Shown here: piece after piece, positions 39,614-51,739 of the stretch
Position numbering within the stretch: the first letter of the stretch is position 1
How the letters are laid out: each line of letters begins with the position of its first letter
Assembly (NCBI RefSeq): GCF_029945705.1
Contig: NZ_JAQSDC010000047.1
Span: 41,921-105,920 of the forward strand
Reading direction: 5' to 3'
Source of the DNA: Methylotenera sp.
GTDB taxonomy: Bacteria; Pseudomonadota; Gammaproteobacteria; Burkholderiales; Methylophilaceae
DNA: 64,000 nt
Made by a program: the position numbers and the translations under genes
Notes under the pieces: model-generated
The model's input: only the letters and a program-made list of their open reading frames with translations
Databases searched by the model: none
Told to the model about the DNA's origin: nothing

Positions 39614-40094
39614 CTATTAAACACGTAATGTTAAATATGCACTTGCTTAAATGTTACTTTGTTTCATTAGTAAACATAATCGCACATTATCGAACATGTT
39701 GCAAAATGTTTTTTCACTAAAATTTAATATTTTTACAATAAATATTAAATTAATATTTAAAAACAGTAGGTTGAGTATTAATTTAAATCGAGATTTAACA
39801 GGTGAAGTTGTTTGTAATTCGTTGGTAATGATGTGTAAATGAACATTTCAATCGGATATTAATGCTAATTAGCTATAAGTTGACTGGCATAAACAGCTAA
39901 ATATTAATCTAAAAATTGTTAATTTGCAGGGTGAGGACGAAACATTCTAAGTGGTGTAAAGTTTAACCGTAACATTGTTAGGTAGTTAAAACGTTTAGTT
40001 GGATGTTAAAGGCTTAAGACGTAAGAGGGCAGAAAGTAAGGTTATCTTTTTGCAAAGCTAAAGCCATCACGCCTATCGATGGCTTTATAGGTCA

Positions 40095-40265
40095 CTATTT
40101 TAACTGACTCATTTTTTTCTCATCAGCATTAGCTTTTTTAGTGTCTTCATCGATATGGCGTTTGAAATACAAAGCAAACCAAACACACATTCCTAAAATA
40201 AAGACAATAACGGCAAGGCTTTGCAGACCATAATCGGTAGAAAAAAGATTGATGAGCAATTGCAT
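40095..40265 (-). CDS. DUF3149-like small membrane protein (start ATG 40265)
   Basis: LFSTDYGLQSLAVIVF..M.VWF..YFKRHIDED. Confidence 0.75.
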   Translation of the reverse strand: MQLLINLFSTDYGLQSLAVIVFILGMCVWFALYFKRHIDEDTKKANADEKKMSQLK

Positions 40266-40362
40266 GATGAATACCCTTTCAGCTGAAATTAACAAAGCTA
40301 GATTGATTAGCTTCCTGTTGTTAATATGCGCTTCAAGGTCTTTACTTGCATTGATACAGGTC

Positions 40363-40391
40363 AAATCGCCTTAACATTGATAAGGCGATTT
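40363..40391. terminator. Hairpin, probable terminator
   Basis: AAATCGCCTTA-ACATTGA-TAAGGCGATTT. Confidence 0.55.
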
Positions 40392-40431
40392 CTAAGTGGG
40401 CTTAGTGCATGATGAACTAGTCAAACTTTAC

Positions 40432-40842
40432 TTAAGCATCGCGACCCAACACACGGTTTTTGGCTTGATGAGATTCAATGATGTTTTTTGCGATTAAGGG
40501 CAATACGCCAACAAATATCAGAATAAAAGCGAGCGCTACAACTCCAATAACACTTCTAGGAATGAATCGCAGCCAGTGCGCGTATTCCTGCTGGTTTGGA
40601 ATCATATCTAGCATGCGTATGCAGCCAATCGCATAGCCGAGTAGCATTGCCCAAGCAGTATCGCTAATACGAGATTGCTCAAGCCATAAGCCAGCCAAAT
40701 AAATCAGCCAGAAAATCCCTAGCAAAATGGCTAGCCACTCAATTCCACCATCTTTAAACGCTATGGCATGCGCTACAAAAGATAAAAACCAAATCACAGC
40801 GAGCCAGATGACCCAGAGCGTTGTGATTAGGCCTTTAGGCAT
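40432..40842 (-). CDS. Hypothetical membrane protein (about 4 TMs)
   Basis: Hydrophobic ORF whose start overlaps the stop of the ABC-F gene. Confidence 0.6.
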   Translation of the reverse strand: MPKGLITTLWVIWLAVIWFLSFVAHAIAFKDGGIEWLAILLGIFWLIYLAGLWLEQSRISDTAWAMLLGYAIGCIRMLDMIPNQQEYAHWLRFIPRSVIGVVALAFILIFVGVLPLIAKNIIESHQAKNRVLGRDA

Positions 40843-42437
40843 TACTCTACGCCTTGACTCGCCAAGTAATCTTCGTAGTTGCCAGTAAAGTCTACAATGC
40901 CATCCGCTTTAATTTCAATGATGCGCGTCGCGATTGAGCTTACAAACTCACGGTCATGGCTGACAAAGAACAGGGTGCCTTTGTATTTATCTAAAGCCGT
41001 GTTTAACGCTTCGATAGACTCCATGTCCATATGGTTAGTTGGCTCATCCATCAGCATGACATTGGTTCTAGCCAGCATCATTTTGCCGTAAAGCATGCGG
41101 CCTTTTTCACCACCAGAGAGTACTTTAACTGATTTTTTAGTGTCATCACCACCAAATAGCAAACGGCCTAGCATGCTGCGAACCACTTGGTCATCATCAC
41201 CAGGTTGTCTGAACTTTGTCATCCAATCAAACAATTCTTCACCATCTTCAAATTCGTATTCATGGTCTTGCGCAAAGTAACCGATATTGGCTTTCTCTGC
41301 CCATTTTACTTCACCAAATTTAGGCTGCAAATCACCTGCCAAGCAACGCAAGAAGGTTGTTTTACCAATACCATTCTCACCAATAATGGCGACTTTTTCA
41401 CCCGCTTCAAACATCATATCCACATCGTTAAATAGCGGTTTGTCAAAGGCATGGCTGAGTTTTTTCAACTCAACTGCATTGCGGTAAAGTTTCTCACGTT
41501 CATCGTAGTCAAAGCGAATGAATGGATACTGGCGGCTTGAAGGTTTAAATTCTTCAATTTTAATTTTATCGATTTTCTTGGCACGGCTAGTAGCCTGCTT
41601 AGCTTTAGAGGCATTGGCAGAGAAGCGGCGTACAAAATCTTGTAAATCCGCCACCATTTGTTTGGCTTTATCATTATCTTTGGTTGCTTGCGCACGCGCT
41701 GCGGTGCTGGCTTCCATGTAATCATCATAGTTGCCTGGATACATCGAAATTTTGCCATAATCCATGTCGCAAGTATGCGTACATACTTGGTTTAAAAAGT
41801 GACGGTCATGCGAAATAATGACCATGGTGCAATCACGATTGTTCAGCACATCTTCTAACCAGCGAATGGTATTAATGTCCAAGTTGTTGGTTGGCTCATC
41901 CAGTAACAAAATGTCTGGGTTAGAGAACAGCGCTTGCACAAGCAATACACGTAATTTCCAACCTGGTGCAACAGCGCTCATTAATCCATTATGCTGCTCA
42001 ATAGGAATACCTACGCCCATTAACAACTCGCCAGCACGTGCCTCAGCTGTGTAGCCATCATACTCAGCAAATACGCCTTCTAACTCAGCCGCACGCATGT
42101 AGTCGTCTTCGGTTGCCTCTAAGTTTGCGTAGATGGCATTTTTTTCTACATTAGCATTCCACATTTGCTCATGCCCCATCATCACGACGTCGAGTACACG
42201 CTGATCTTCGTAAGCAAATTGATCTTGTTTCAAAAACGCCATACGTTCATGGCTATCAATTGAAATATTGCCTGCGCTTGGTGTTAAAACGCCCGCCAGC
42301 ACTTTCATGTAGGTTGATTTTCCGCAACCATTAGCACCAATTAAACCATAGCGGTTGTTGTCGCCAAATTTAACGGAAACGTTTTCAAAAAGCGGCTTTG
42401 CGCCAAATTGCACGGTGATATTGTTGCTAATTAACAC
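40842..42437 (-). CDS. ABC-F family ATPase, YbiT-like
   Basis: Two NBDs ([18 protein letters not shown]), DEPTNNLD and DEPTNHMD, no TM domain. Confidence 0.95.
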   Translation of the reverse strand: MLISNNITVQFGAKPLFENVSVKFGDNNRYGLIGANGCGKSTYMKVLAGVLTPSAGNISIDSHERMAFLKQDQFAYEDQRVLDVVMMGHEQMWNANVEKNAIYANLEATEDDYMRAAELEGVFAEYDGYTAEARAGELLMGVGIPIEQHNGLMSAVAPGWKLRVLLVQALFSNPDILLLDEPTNNLDINTIRWLEDVLNNRDCTMVIISHDRHFLNQVCTHTCDMDYGKISMYPGNYDDYMEASTAARAQATKDNDKAKQMVADLQDFVRRFSANASKAKQATSRAKKIDKIKIEEFKPSSRQYPFIRFDYDEREKLYRNAVELKKLSHAFDKPLFNDVDMMFEAGEKVAIIGENGIGKTTFLRCLAGDLQPKFGEVKWAEKANIGYFAQDHEYEFEDGEELFDWMTKFRQPGDDDQVVRSMLGRLLFGGDDTKKSVKVLSGGEKGRMLYGKMMLARTNVMLMDEPTNHMDMESIEALNTALDKYKGTLFFVSHDREFVSSIATRIIEIKADGIVDFTGNYEDYLASQGVE

Positions 42438-42497
42438 GGTTGAATCCTTAAGTGTATTTCTTAAAAGTTTACTTTTTAAAAGTATAGATTTTCTAGA

Positions 42498-43100
42498 CTA
42501 AAATGTATTGCTAATCACGACTTCATTCATGGCTAGTTGGCCGCTACGTGGCTGCGCTTCTTTTAACGCTTTACCTACTACCACGAACATGGTTGGTGTA
42601 TGGTCGGCAGGCAGATTAAGTAATTTACCCACAGCATCAAAGTCAAAACCATCCATAGGGCAGGTGTCATAGCCCATTTCTTTTGCCGCGAGCATAATCG
42701 TCATCGCAGCCATGCCACAAGAGCGCATGGCTTCATCACGCTGAAGCTGATTGTTATTTGCGTAATAATGACCAATCATTGGTACTAAAATATCTGAAGC
42801 CGCTTTAGGTGCATTTTTCCAGTAGCGTTCAGGCTGTTTTTCCCATGCTTTTAAATCTGCGGTTAATACAATCAGCAAAGAAGCTTCTTCCACTTGCGCT
42901 TGATTCCAGCTCACGGCACGTATTTGGTGACGTAATACAGCATCTGTGACTAACACAAAGCGCCAGTTTTGAATATTAAACGCTGTGGGTGACAGCATGG
43001 CTAAAGTCATTAACTGATCAATTTCAGTTTGCGTCATTTTATGATGCGGGTCAAAACTCTTGACTGAGCGACGTGTTTCAATCGCGGTATTCACGTTCAT
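42498..43100 (-). CDS. Nitroreductase family protein
   Basis: RRSVKSF, SPTAFNIQNWRF, GYDTCPMDGFD. Confidence 0.92.
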   Translation of the reverse strand: MNVNTAIETRRSVKSFDPHHKMTQTEIDQLMTLAMLSPTAFNIQNWRFVLVTDAVLRHQIRAVSWNQAQVEEASLLIVLTADLKAWEKQPERYWKNAPKAASDILVPMIGHYYANNNQLQRDEAMRSCGMAAMTIMLAAKEMGYDTCPMDGFDFDAVGKLLNLPADHTPTMFVVVGKALKEAQPRSGQLAMNEVVISNTF

Positions 43101-43124
43101 TTAATATACTTTCTTTGAAGAGAT

Positions 43125-43637
43125 TCAGTCATTAATAACTAGGTAATTAATGGCTAGAATCTCTAGATTTAAATTGCCAGCTGGGCGTTGCCAACTGACT
43201 GTTTCACCAACCTTGTGTCCAATTAACGCCTTTGCAATTGGCGAAACCCAGCTGACTTTATTTAATGCAATGTCTGCTTCATCCTCACCTACAATAGTGA
43301 AGTAATGAGCCTTACCTTCTTCATCTTCAACATTCACCGTCGCGCCAAATAGAACTGTTTCTTTTGACTGTGTAGCTGGGTCGATTAAAATCACACTTTC
43401 CAAACGGGTTTCTAAATAACGCAAATCTCGCTTTAAAGGTGCCAAAGTTTGCTGCGTGACAGGGTCATCTTTATTAGGTAGCAGCGCTTGTTGTTGCTGT
43501 TCTAAAGCAGTGGCTTGCGTTTGTAACTGCGCTAAGCCAAATGGAGTGACATAGTTAGGAAACTCACTTACCCGACGTTCAGGTAAATCAGTGCCAGCTC
43601 TTTCTACATCATCCTCTTTGACAAAGCCGCGACTCAA
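43125..43637 (-). CDS. GreA/GreB family protein (likely TTG start 43637, MSRGFVKEDD)
   Basis: NYVTP.G, VLFGATV, IVGEDEAD, VSWVSPIAKALIG. Confidence 0.85.
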   Translation of the reverse strand: MSRGFVKEDDVERAGTDLPERRVSEFPNYVTPFGLAQLQTQATALEQQQQALLPNKDDPVTQQTLAPLKRDLRYLETRLESVILIDPATQSKETVLFGATVNVEDEEGKAHYFTIVGEDEADIALNKVSWVSPIAKALIGHKVGETVSWQRPAGNLNLEILAINYLVIND

Positions 43638-43638
43638 G

Positions 43639-45243
43639 TTATTCCCATTCAATCGTTGCTGGTGGTTTGCCAGAAACGTCGTATACCACACGGTTAATGC
43701 CACGCACTTCATTAATGATGCGGTTTGAAACGCGACCTAAAAGTGAGTAGGGTAGTTCCGCCCAATGTGCCGTCATAAAGTCGCTAGTGACCACTGCGCG
43801 TAACGCCACAACGTAATCATAAGTGCGACCATCGCCCATTACGCCTACAGACTTTACTGGTAAGAACACAGTAAAAGCTTGGCTAGTCAGTTCATACCAA
43901 GTTTTGCCGGTTGCTTCGTCTTTGGTATTGCGTAGTTCTTCGATAAAGATTGCGTCGGCACGACGGAGTAAATCAGCAAAGTCTTTTTTGATTTCGCCTA
44001 AAATACGTACGCCTAAACCTGGTCCTGGGAACGGGTGACGATATACCATATCAGCTGGCAAGCCAAGCGCTACGCCAAGTTCACGTACTTCATCTTTAAA
44101 TAAGTCGCGTAGCGGCTCTAATAATTTCAAGCCTAATTGCTCAGGTAAGCCGCCTACGTTGTGATGGCTTTTAATCGTCACGGCTTTTTTAGATTTTGCG
44201 CCACCAGACTCAATCACGTCAGGATAAATTGTACCTTGTGCGAGGAATGTTGCACCTTTATGGCCGCCAGTGCCAGCTTTGAGTTTAGCTGCTTCATCTT
44301 TAAATACTTCTACAAACTCACGACCAATAATTTTGCGCTTAGCTTCTGGGTCGCTCACTCCCGCTAAATGCCCCATGAACTGATCTGCCGCATCAACGCG
44401 AATTACGTTCACATTTAAGCGACCTGCAAACATCTCCATCACCAAATCACCTTCATTCAGACGAAGTAGGCCATGGTCAACAAACACGCAAGTAAGCTGA
44501 TCGCCAATTGCGCGATGAATCAATGCTGCAGCTACACTAGAATCTACACCACCTGATAAACCAAGAATGACTTCCTCATCGCCGACTTGTGCTTTGATTT
44601 TTGCCACAGCTTCAGCAATGTAGTCGCCCATAATCCAGTCAGATTTGGCGCCACAAATATCTAACACAAAGCGGTTAAGCATGACTTGACCTTGCTTAGT
44701 GTGTGTCACTTCTGGGTGAAATTGTACGGCGTAGAATTTACGTGTTTCGTCAGCCATTGCTGCAATTGGCGTAGTGTCATTGCTAGCAATCACTTTAAAC
44801 CCAGCTGGTATTTCAGTCACTTTATCACCGTGACTCATCCATACATCAATAAAGCCATGGCCTTCAGCATTTGTACTATCTTGAATGTCGCGGAATAGGG
44901 CTGAGTGGCCGCGAGCGCGCACTTGTGCGTAACCAAACTCACGTTTATGGCCAGCCTCTACTTTACCGCCGAGTTGCTGCGCCATGGTTTGCATACCGTA
45001 ACAGATGCCCAACACAGGTACACCAAGCTCGAATACAGCTTGGGGAGCACTGTCAGACTCTTCTTCGTAAGCACTAGCATGGCTACCTGAAAGGATGATG
45101 CCATCAGCACCAAAGTTACGTACAAACTCGTCAGACACTTCACATGAGTGAATTTCGCAATACACGTGCGCTTCGCGTACGCGTCGCGCGATAAGTTGAG
45201 TGACTTGAGAGCCGAAATCTAAAATGAGGATTTTTGAGTGCAT
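43639..45243 (-). CDS. guaA: GMP synthase (glutamine-hydrolysing)
   Basis: [38 protein letters not shown]. Confidence 0.98.
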   Translation of the reverse strand: MHSKILILDFGSQVTQLIARRVREAHVYCEIHSCEVSDEFVRNFGADGIILSGSHASAYEEESDSAPQAVFELGVPVLGICYGMQTMAQQLGGKVEAGHKREFGYAQVRARGHSALFRDIQDSTNAEGHGFIDVWMSHGDKVTEIPAGFKVIASNDTTPIAAMADETRKFYAVQFHPEVTHTKQGQVMLNRFVLDICGAKSDWIMGDYIAEAVAKIKAQVGDEEVILGLSGGVDSSVAAALIHRAIGDQLTCVFVDHGLLRLNEGDLVMEMFAGRLNVNVIRVDAADQFMGHLAGVSDPEAKRKIIGREFVEVFKDEAAKLKAGTGGHKGATFLAQGTIYPDVIESGGAKSKKAVTIKSHHNVGGLPEQLGLKLLEPLRDLFKDEVRELGVALGLPADMVYRHPFPGPGLGVRILGEIKKDFADLLRRADAIFIEELRNTKDEATGKTWYELTSQAFTVFLPVKSVGVMGDGRTYDYVVALRAVVTSDFMTAHWAELPYSLLGRVSNRIINEVRGINRVVYDVSGKPPATIEWE

Positions 45244-45317
45244 AGCGTGCGCTTAATGGAGAAGGTTAAAAAAATAAGAGTGGTTAAAATAACCACTCTT
45301 ATTTCAAGCAAGGTTGT

Positions 45318-46805
<1,488 letters not shown>

Positions 46806-46895
46806 TTATACAGATTTAAGGCAAAAGGCGCGAGTGTTAGCTATAAAAATTCTTAAATTGTTAAATACTGTTAGCTGCATATTCATCAGTGATTA

Positions 46896-47726
46896 ATGCT
46901 TGTATCATCAATTTTGAAATATTTTACAAAATTGATGATAGTTATGAAAGTTAAGCGCCAAAAATTAACTGCACGAGAAATCATTGACAGATTAACTGTT
47001 GATGATAAAACATCAGAGCCTTATTACAAGCAACTGATTCGTCATATCGTACACTTGATAGACACTGGAGAAATCGCTCACGGCTTGGGTTTGCCATCTG
47101 AGAGGGATTTGGCTGATGCGCTGAACTTAAGTCGTACCACTATTAAGCGTTGTTATGACGAGCTTAGGCAAGCTGGCTTGTTAAGCGCAAATGGTAGAGG
47201 TGGAACCTCAGTGAATAAACCGCTTGGAATGAGCACTCCATTGGGTCGCTTAAAAGGCTTCACTGAAGAAATGCTAGAAATGGGAAAAACGCCTTCTAGT
47301 AGACTTGAAAGCCATGACGTAATCTCAGATAGAACAATTGCCTCTATTTTTCAGAGGCCTTCTAATGCATCATTCTTGCGCTTAGTACGGGTGAGGCTGG
47401 CAGATGAAGTGCCTATGACGAGAGAAGTTGCTTGGTATGATTTAGCTGTAGCGCCGAAGTTAGCTGATTGGGATGCGAAAGGCTCAATTTATGCTTTTCT
47501 GCAAGATGTGTGTGAAATTAGGCTAAGCTGGGCAGAGCAGTCGATGGAAGCCATGCTAAGCTCAGAAGTCGAAACCAAAACGTTTGGTTTTGAGGAAAGC
47601 GCACCATGTTTACTCCAAAAGCGACGTATATATTCGGGCGAAAATAAATTGATAGAGTACGTTGAAGGGGCATTTAGAGGCGATGCATACATTCATCATA
47701 TGAAGCTGGATGTTAAGTACGATTAA
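46896..47726 (+). CDS. GntR family regulator, HutC/UTRA subfamily (start may be ATG 46944)
   Basis: LPSERDLA..L.LSRTT HTH; UTRA-like C-domain (GFTEEM, RVRLAD..P). Confidence 0.88.
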   Translation: MLVSSILKYFTKLMIVMKVKRQKLTAREIIDRLTVDDKTSEPYYKQLIRHIVHLIDTGEIAHGLGLPSERDLADALNLSRTTIKRCYDELRQAGLLSANGRGGTSVNKPLGMSTPLGRLKGFTEEMLEMGKTPSSRLESHDVISDRTIASIFQRPSNASFLRLVRVRLADEVPMTREVAWYDLAVAPKLADWDAKGSIYAFLQDVCEIRLSWAEQSMEAMLSSEVETKTFGFEESAPCLLQKRRIYSGENKLIEYVEGAFRGDAYIHHMKLDVKYD

Positions 47727-47872
47727 ATATATCCTGTAGCTCGATTTAATTTATTCAGCATGCTTCAAATAAAGCTTGCTTGAACGAATAACTGGCAATA
47801 CTATTATTTTAAATGAGTAGTATCAGCAATGCGTTGAGCTAAACTGCAAAGTAGTTACCTAAAGGATAGGCT

Positions 47873-48433
47873 ATGAGATTACGTATTTTATTATTATGTG
47901 TTGTTTTATTGCCGACTTTAGCTTCGGCCGAAATCTACAAATGGAAGGATAAAAATGGTGTCATTCGTTATAGCGATGTGCCGCCACCTTCTAACGTAAA
48001 GCAAGAGGCCTTGTATGGTAAAAAAATTGCGAAGCCCACAGGTCTTGCGCCTTTAGCTCCTGTTGAGGGTGATGTGACTGCAGCACTTAATCGCGATAAG
48101 GCGGCAACTTTAGCCAAAGATAAAGCTAAGTCTGATGGAAAAGCTGTTGATGCTAAAACTAAAGATGACAAGGCGCCGTTAAGCAAAGAAGACGCTGCAC
48201 AAAAACGTGCTCAGGATGCTGAAAAACAAAAGCAGGTTGATCTACAAAAGAAAGCCGAATTAGATACTAAACAAGCGAACTGTACTGCGGCAAAACAAAA
48301 CTTAGCGACATTTACGAATGGTGGCAGAATTGCAAAAACCGATGAAAACGGTAATAAGCAATATTTAGGTGATGCTGATATTGGTCAAGGCAAAGCGGAT
48401 GCGCAAAGAGATGTAGAAAAGTATTGCGATTGA
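47873..48433 (+). CDS. DUF4124 domain protein
   Basis: Signal peptide then AEIYKWKDKNGVIRYSDVPPP. Confidence 0.88.
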   Translation: MRLRILLLCVVLLPTLASAEIYKWKDKNGVIRYSDVPPPSNVKQEALYGKKIAKPTGLAPLAPVEGDVTAALNRDKAATLAKDKAKSDGKAVDAKTKDDKAPLSKEDAAQKRAQDAEKQKQVDLQKKAELDTKQANCTAAKQNLATFTNGGRIAKTDENGNKQYLGDADIGQGKADAQRDVEKYCD

Positions 48434-48632
48434 AGTGTATATTCTGGTAGAGAGAGCCACTCATTCCAGTTCAAAATCGCCCCCATAACTACACGAAGCT
48501 ACCATTTAAATTTACTACCGCTAGAGAGTAACTCCCCCTAAGCGGTCCAATAGTCTTAGCCGTTATCAGGACTTGGCACATTGCTGAATGGCAAAGATGA
48601 CTTAATAACTTATATCGAAGTTTAAGCTGACT

Positions 48633-49037
48633 TTATTTTTTTAGAGTTTTATTATCATAACTCTGTCGAGATGCTTCTATATTTGGCCATTCATTAGTCA
48701 TCCAATTTACTAAATTTTTTACTGGAATCAAAAAACCTTGACCACGCTCGGTCAGCGTATATTCAACTTTTGGTGGTACTTCAGGGTAAAGATGACGGGT
48801 AACAATACCGTCTCTTTCAAAATTTTTTAGCGTTGTTGATAGCATTCTTTGCGAAATTCCGCTTACACCGCGCTGTAATTCAGAGAATCGTAAGCAGTTA
48901 TTGTCTGCATTCGCCAATTCGACGATAACAAGCATGCTCCATTTATCCCCCAATCTAGATAATAAGTCTTGAACTGGACAACCCCTGTGGTCTTGGCTTG
49001 AGTCTTTATCTATATTGTTTTCTGCGTATTTCATCAC
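48633..49037 (-). CDS. HxlR/DUF24 winged-helix regulator
   Basis: GCPV..LL..LGDKW, LRFSEL, ISQRML..TLK..ERDG, VPPKVEYTLT. Confidence 0.92.
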   Translation of the reverse strand: MMKYAENNIDKDSSQDHRGCPVQDLLSRLGDKWSMLVIVELANADNNCLRFSELQRGVSGISQRMLSTTLKNFERDGIVTRHLYPEVPPKVEYTLTERGQGFLIPVKNLVNWMTNEWPNIEASRQSYDNKTLKK

Positions 49038-49136
49038 TTACCTTTACGTAACCAAGTAAACAAAATGTGCCTTCTTGTTTTCAATTTAGTAATTATATAT
49101 TATTAGGTTACTTTTTTATACTAATGAGGAGATAAA

Positions 49137-49763
49137 ATGTCACATACCGTTCTAAACGTTGAAACCAGTCCACTTGGCGATTACTCTGTATCGCGCAAAC
49201 TGTCTGCAAAAGTTCTCGCTGAGCTCAAGGAAAAGTATGTGGAAACACAGATAGTAACGAGAGATTTAACCACATCGCCATTGCCGCATTTAAGTGGTTT
49301 AACCGTGGGTGCGTTCTTTACGCCACCTGAACAACGTAATGAGGCACAAATTGAAGCGCTTAAACTTTCTGATGAGCTGGTTGATGAATTATTCGCAGCT
49401 GATATAGTTGTGATCGGAGCACCTATGTGGAATTTTGGTATTCCTTCGTCACTAAAAGCGTGGATAGATCATATTGCACGTGCTGGTCGTACATTTAAAT
49501 ACGGCGCAAATGGGCCAGAAAGTTTATTGCCTCCTGGTAAAAAAGTCTTTATCACATCTTCACGCGGTGGTGTTTATACCTCTGGTCCAATGGAAGTGAT
49601 GGACCATCAAGAGTCTTATCTAAAAGCAGTTCTAGGATTTATTGGTTTACACGATGTTACATTCATCCGTGCTGAAGGTGTAGCAAAAGGTGAAGATGCT
49701 GTAAAAAATGCAATGGAGACAGCAGATGGACAACTTAAAAAAGCCATTAAGCTTATTGCCTAA
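49137..49763 (+). CDS. azoR: FMN-dependent NADH-azoreductase/quinone reductase
   Basis: SP.G..S.SR, APMWNFGIPSSLKAWID, RAGRTFKY, SSRGG. Confidence 0.93.
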   Translation: MSHTVLNVETSPLGDYSVSRKLSAKVLAELKEKYVETQIVTRDLTTSPLPHLSGLTVGAFFTPPEQRNEAQIEALKLSDELVDELFAADIVVIGAPMWNFGIPSSLKAWIDHIARAGRTFKYGANGPESLLPPGKKVFITSSRGGVYTSGPMEVMDHQESYLKAVLGFIGLHDVTFIRAEGVAKGEDAVKNAMETADGQLKKAIKLIA

Positions 49764-49844
49764 GTACAACTCTTAAGCGCCATAGTTATTCAATTATTAA
49801 TAGATTAAATAACGTATCTTAAGTTACGTTGTGCTGATTTTGGA

Positions 49845-50702
49845 GTGATAAACATGTTAAATATAGCTGAAAGAAAAGAAACCTTAGAACGTAAGGTTCT
49901 CCATAGAACTAAAGGCCATCAACATGGACCAGTCACTCGATTGGTGAGCCCGGGAGATTTGGGTGAACTTATTAAGCCATTTGTGTTTTTAGATATGTTT
50001 AACATGGATGCCAGCAGAGAAAATCTATTCGGTTATCATCCACATTCTGGCATCGTGACCGTGACCGTTATTATTGAAGGTAATGTGAAATATGAGGATT
50101 CAACAGGTAAAGCTGGATTATTGACGGCAGGCACTGTCGAATGGATGCAGGCGGGCGGTGGTGTATGGCACACTGCTGATCCAGTACCTCAAGTGGGAAC
50201 ACGTTTGCGAGGCTTTCAGCTTTGGCTTGCACTACCAGCAGCGATTGAGAATGCTGAACCTGAAAGCCTTTACATTGAGCCGCACGAGATACCAAAAACT
50301 GGCCCAGCTAGAGTGATTATTGGTGAGTATCAGGGTGTCAGTAGCCCGCTACCAAAGATAGCGTCAATAACTTATCTGCATGTTAGCTTGGCTGATGGAG
50401 AACAATGGACGTTTGATCCCCCAGCAAATCATGATGTGCTATGGATAGCGCTTAACGAGGGTAGTGTTCGTGTTTCTGGTGAGCAGCTATCGAATGAAAT
50501 AGCAATCTTTGATTCAAAATCGACTTCACTGACTATTGAAGCGCAAGGGTCTGTTAGCTTTGTGCTTGGTTCAGCAGAGCGGCATCCTCATCCATTAATT
50601 ACAGGTAGCTACTCGGTGCACACTACTGAAGATGCACTGAGAATAGGCGAAGAAGGCATTAAAAAGGTAGGAAAAAGACTGAAAGCTGAAGGACGTATTT
50701 AA
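49845..50702 (+). CDS. Pirin family protein
   Basis: [29 protein letters not shown]. Confidence 0.9.
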   Translation: MINMLNIAERKETLERKVLHRTKGHQHGPVTRLVSPGDLGELIKPFVFLDMFNMDASRENLFGYHPHSGIVTVTVIIEGNVKYEDSTGKAGLLTAGTVEWMQAGGGVWHTADPVPQVGTRLRGFQLWLALPAAIENAEPESLYIEPHEIPKTGPARVIIGEYQGVSSPLPKIASITYLHVSLADGEQWTFDPPANHDVLWIALNEGSVRVSGEQLSNEIAIFDSKSTSLTIEAQGSVSFVLGSAERHPHPLITGSYSVHTTEDALRIGEEGIKKVGKRLKAEGRI

Positions 50703-50703
50703 A

Positions 50704-51069
50704 TTGATAGCCACCGAATTAAAATCTATTCATAAACTTAAGTTTGTTGATGCTTGCAAATTACCTACGAAATGGGCTAATTTTACCTTACATGCTTTTT
50801 TGGAGAGTGACACTGGAAAAGAGCATTTAGTGCTCACTTTGGGCAAACTCTCAAGTGATAGCCCTGTCCTTGTAAGAGTACATTCCGAATGCCTGACTGG
50901 TGACGCTTTATTTAGCCAGCGTTGTGACTGCGGAGCTCAGTTGAAAAAAGCTATGCAAAACATTGCTGCACAAGGTAGCGGGATGGTTGTTTATTTACGC
51001 CAAGAAGGTCGTGGTATTGGTTTGTTAAATAAAATTAAAGCTTATCATTTACAAGATGAAGGTGCTGAT
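50704..51069 (+). pseudogene. ribA: Truncated GTP cyclohydrolase II (C-terminal third missing)
   Basis: [44 protein letters not shown], then unrelated sequence; no TVEAN, ERD or TNNP. Confidence 0.85.
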
Positions 51070-51111
51070 CAGTCAATATTATTGAAAATTGTAGACAGGT
51101 TAAAATATATG

Positions 51112-51130
51112 TGTAATAGTATCAGCTACA
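51112..51130. promoter_or_regulatory. Rrf2 (SifR/YwnA-type) operator candidate upstream of the rrf2 gene
   Basis: TGTAA-TAGTATCAG-CTACA (TGTAA-N9-TTACA, one mismatch). Confidence 0.6.
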
Positions 51131-51149
51131 CAGTAATAAATAAACAATT

Positions 51150-51596
51150 ATGCCAACTAGTTCTCGCTTTGCCGTTGCCGTTCATACACTTGTCTCCATT
51201 GCAGTGATGGGAGGTAAGCCAGTACGTTCAGAAGATATTGCCCATTCAGCTAATACTGGTGCAGTGGTCATTCGTAGATTGTTATCGCAATTGAATAATG
51301 CGGGACTGACGACCTCTCAAATGGGCGTGGGCGGTGGTGCTTTACTAGCAAAACCAAGTGAGAACATTCTACTTCTAGATGTTTATGAGGCAGTCGAGGA
51401 TACTGAAATATTTACTTTACATCGTGAGGCGCCTTTCGAGGGTTGTGCGGTTGGCGGGAATATACAAGAAGCCATTCAACCAACTTTAGAAAAAGCGCGA
51501 TTGGCATTGGAGAGTGAGCTTTCAAAAGTCACTATCGCTGATATTGCCTCAGAAGTGGCAAGGTTAGGGAAGTTCACACTTCCTTTGGTGTGGTAG
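51150..51596 (+). CDS. Rrf2 family regulator, YwnA/SifR-like
   Basis: [26 protein letters not shown], single Cys in GCAVGGNI. Confidence 0.88.
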   Translation: MPTSSRFAVAVHTLVSIAVMGGKPVRSEDIAHSANTGAVVIRRLLSQLNNAGLTTSQMGVGGGALLAKPSENILLLDVYEAVEDTEIFTLHREAPFEGCAVGGNIQEAIQPTLEKARLALESELSKVTIADIASEVARLGKFTLPLVW

Positions 51597-51616
51597 GACC
51601 TTTTTTTATAGCAATA

Positions 51617-51635
51617 TGTAACTATGTAATTAACA
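51617..51635. promoter_or_regulatory. Second Rrf2 operator candidate upstream of the oxidoreductase
   Basis: TGTAA-CTATGTAAT-TAACA (TGTAA-N9-TTACA, one mismatch). Confidence 0.6.
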
Positions 51636-51739
51636 CACAAACTTAAAGCAGCAGGTCAGATTTTAGCTTTTTGCAAGCGTCAGTCTTAGGGGCACTGATC
51701 GCTTAAATATGAATGCCCCATTTATTAAAGGAAAATAAA

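Noticed and set aside
39931-39943. GTGAGGACGAAAC, identical to the 3' half of the classic hammerhead stem II and core
   Set aside because: The required upstream CUGAUGA and the GUCC pairing strand are absent (upstream is AATTTGCAGG); chance match.
43638-43712. N-terminal extensions given by the ORF track (Gre factor here; also thyA 1207, helicase 23496, DUF3149 40364)
   Set aside because: They overlap upstream genes or lack an RBS; downstream starts fit family N-termini better.
48434-48632. Possible FMN riboswitch or IS end near azoR/ribA
   Set aside because: No RFN core (AGGGCGGGGUG...CCGAC); only weak hairpins, no transposase or convincing terminal repeat.
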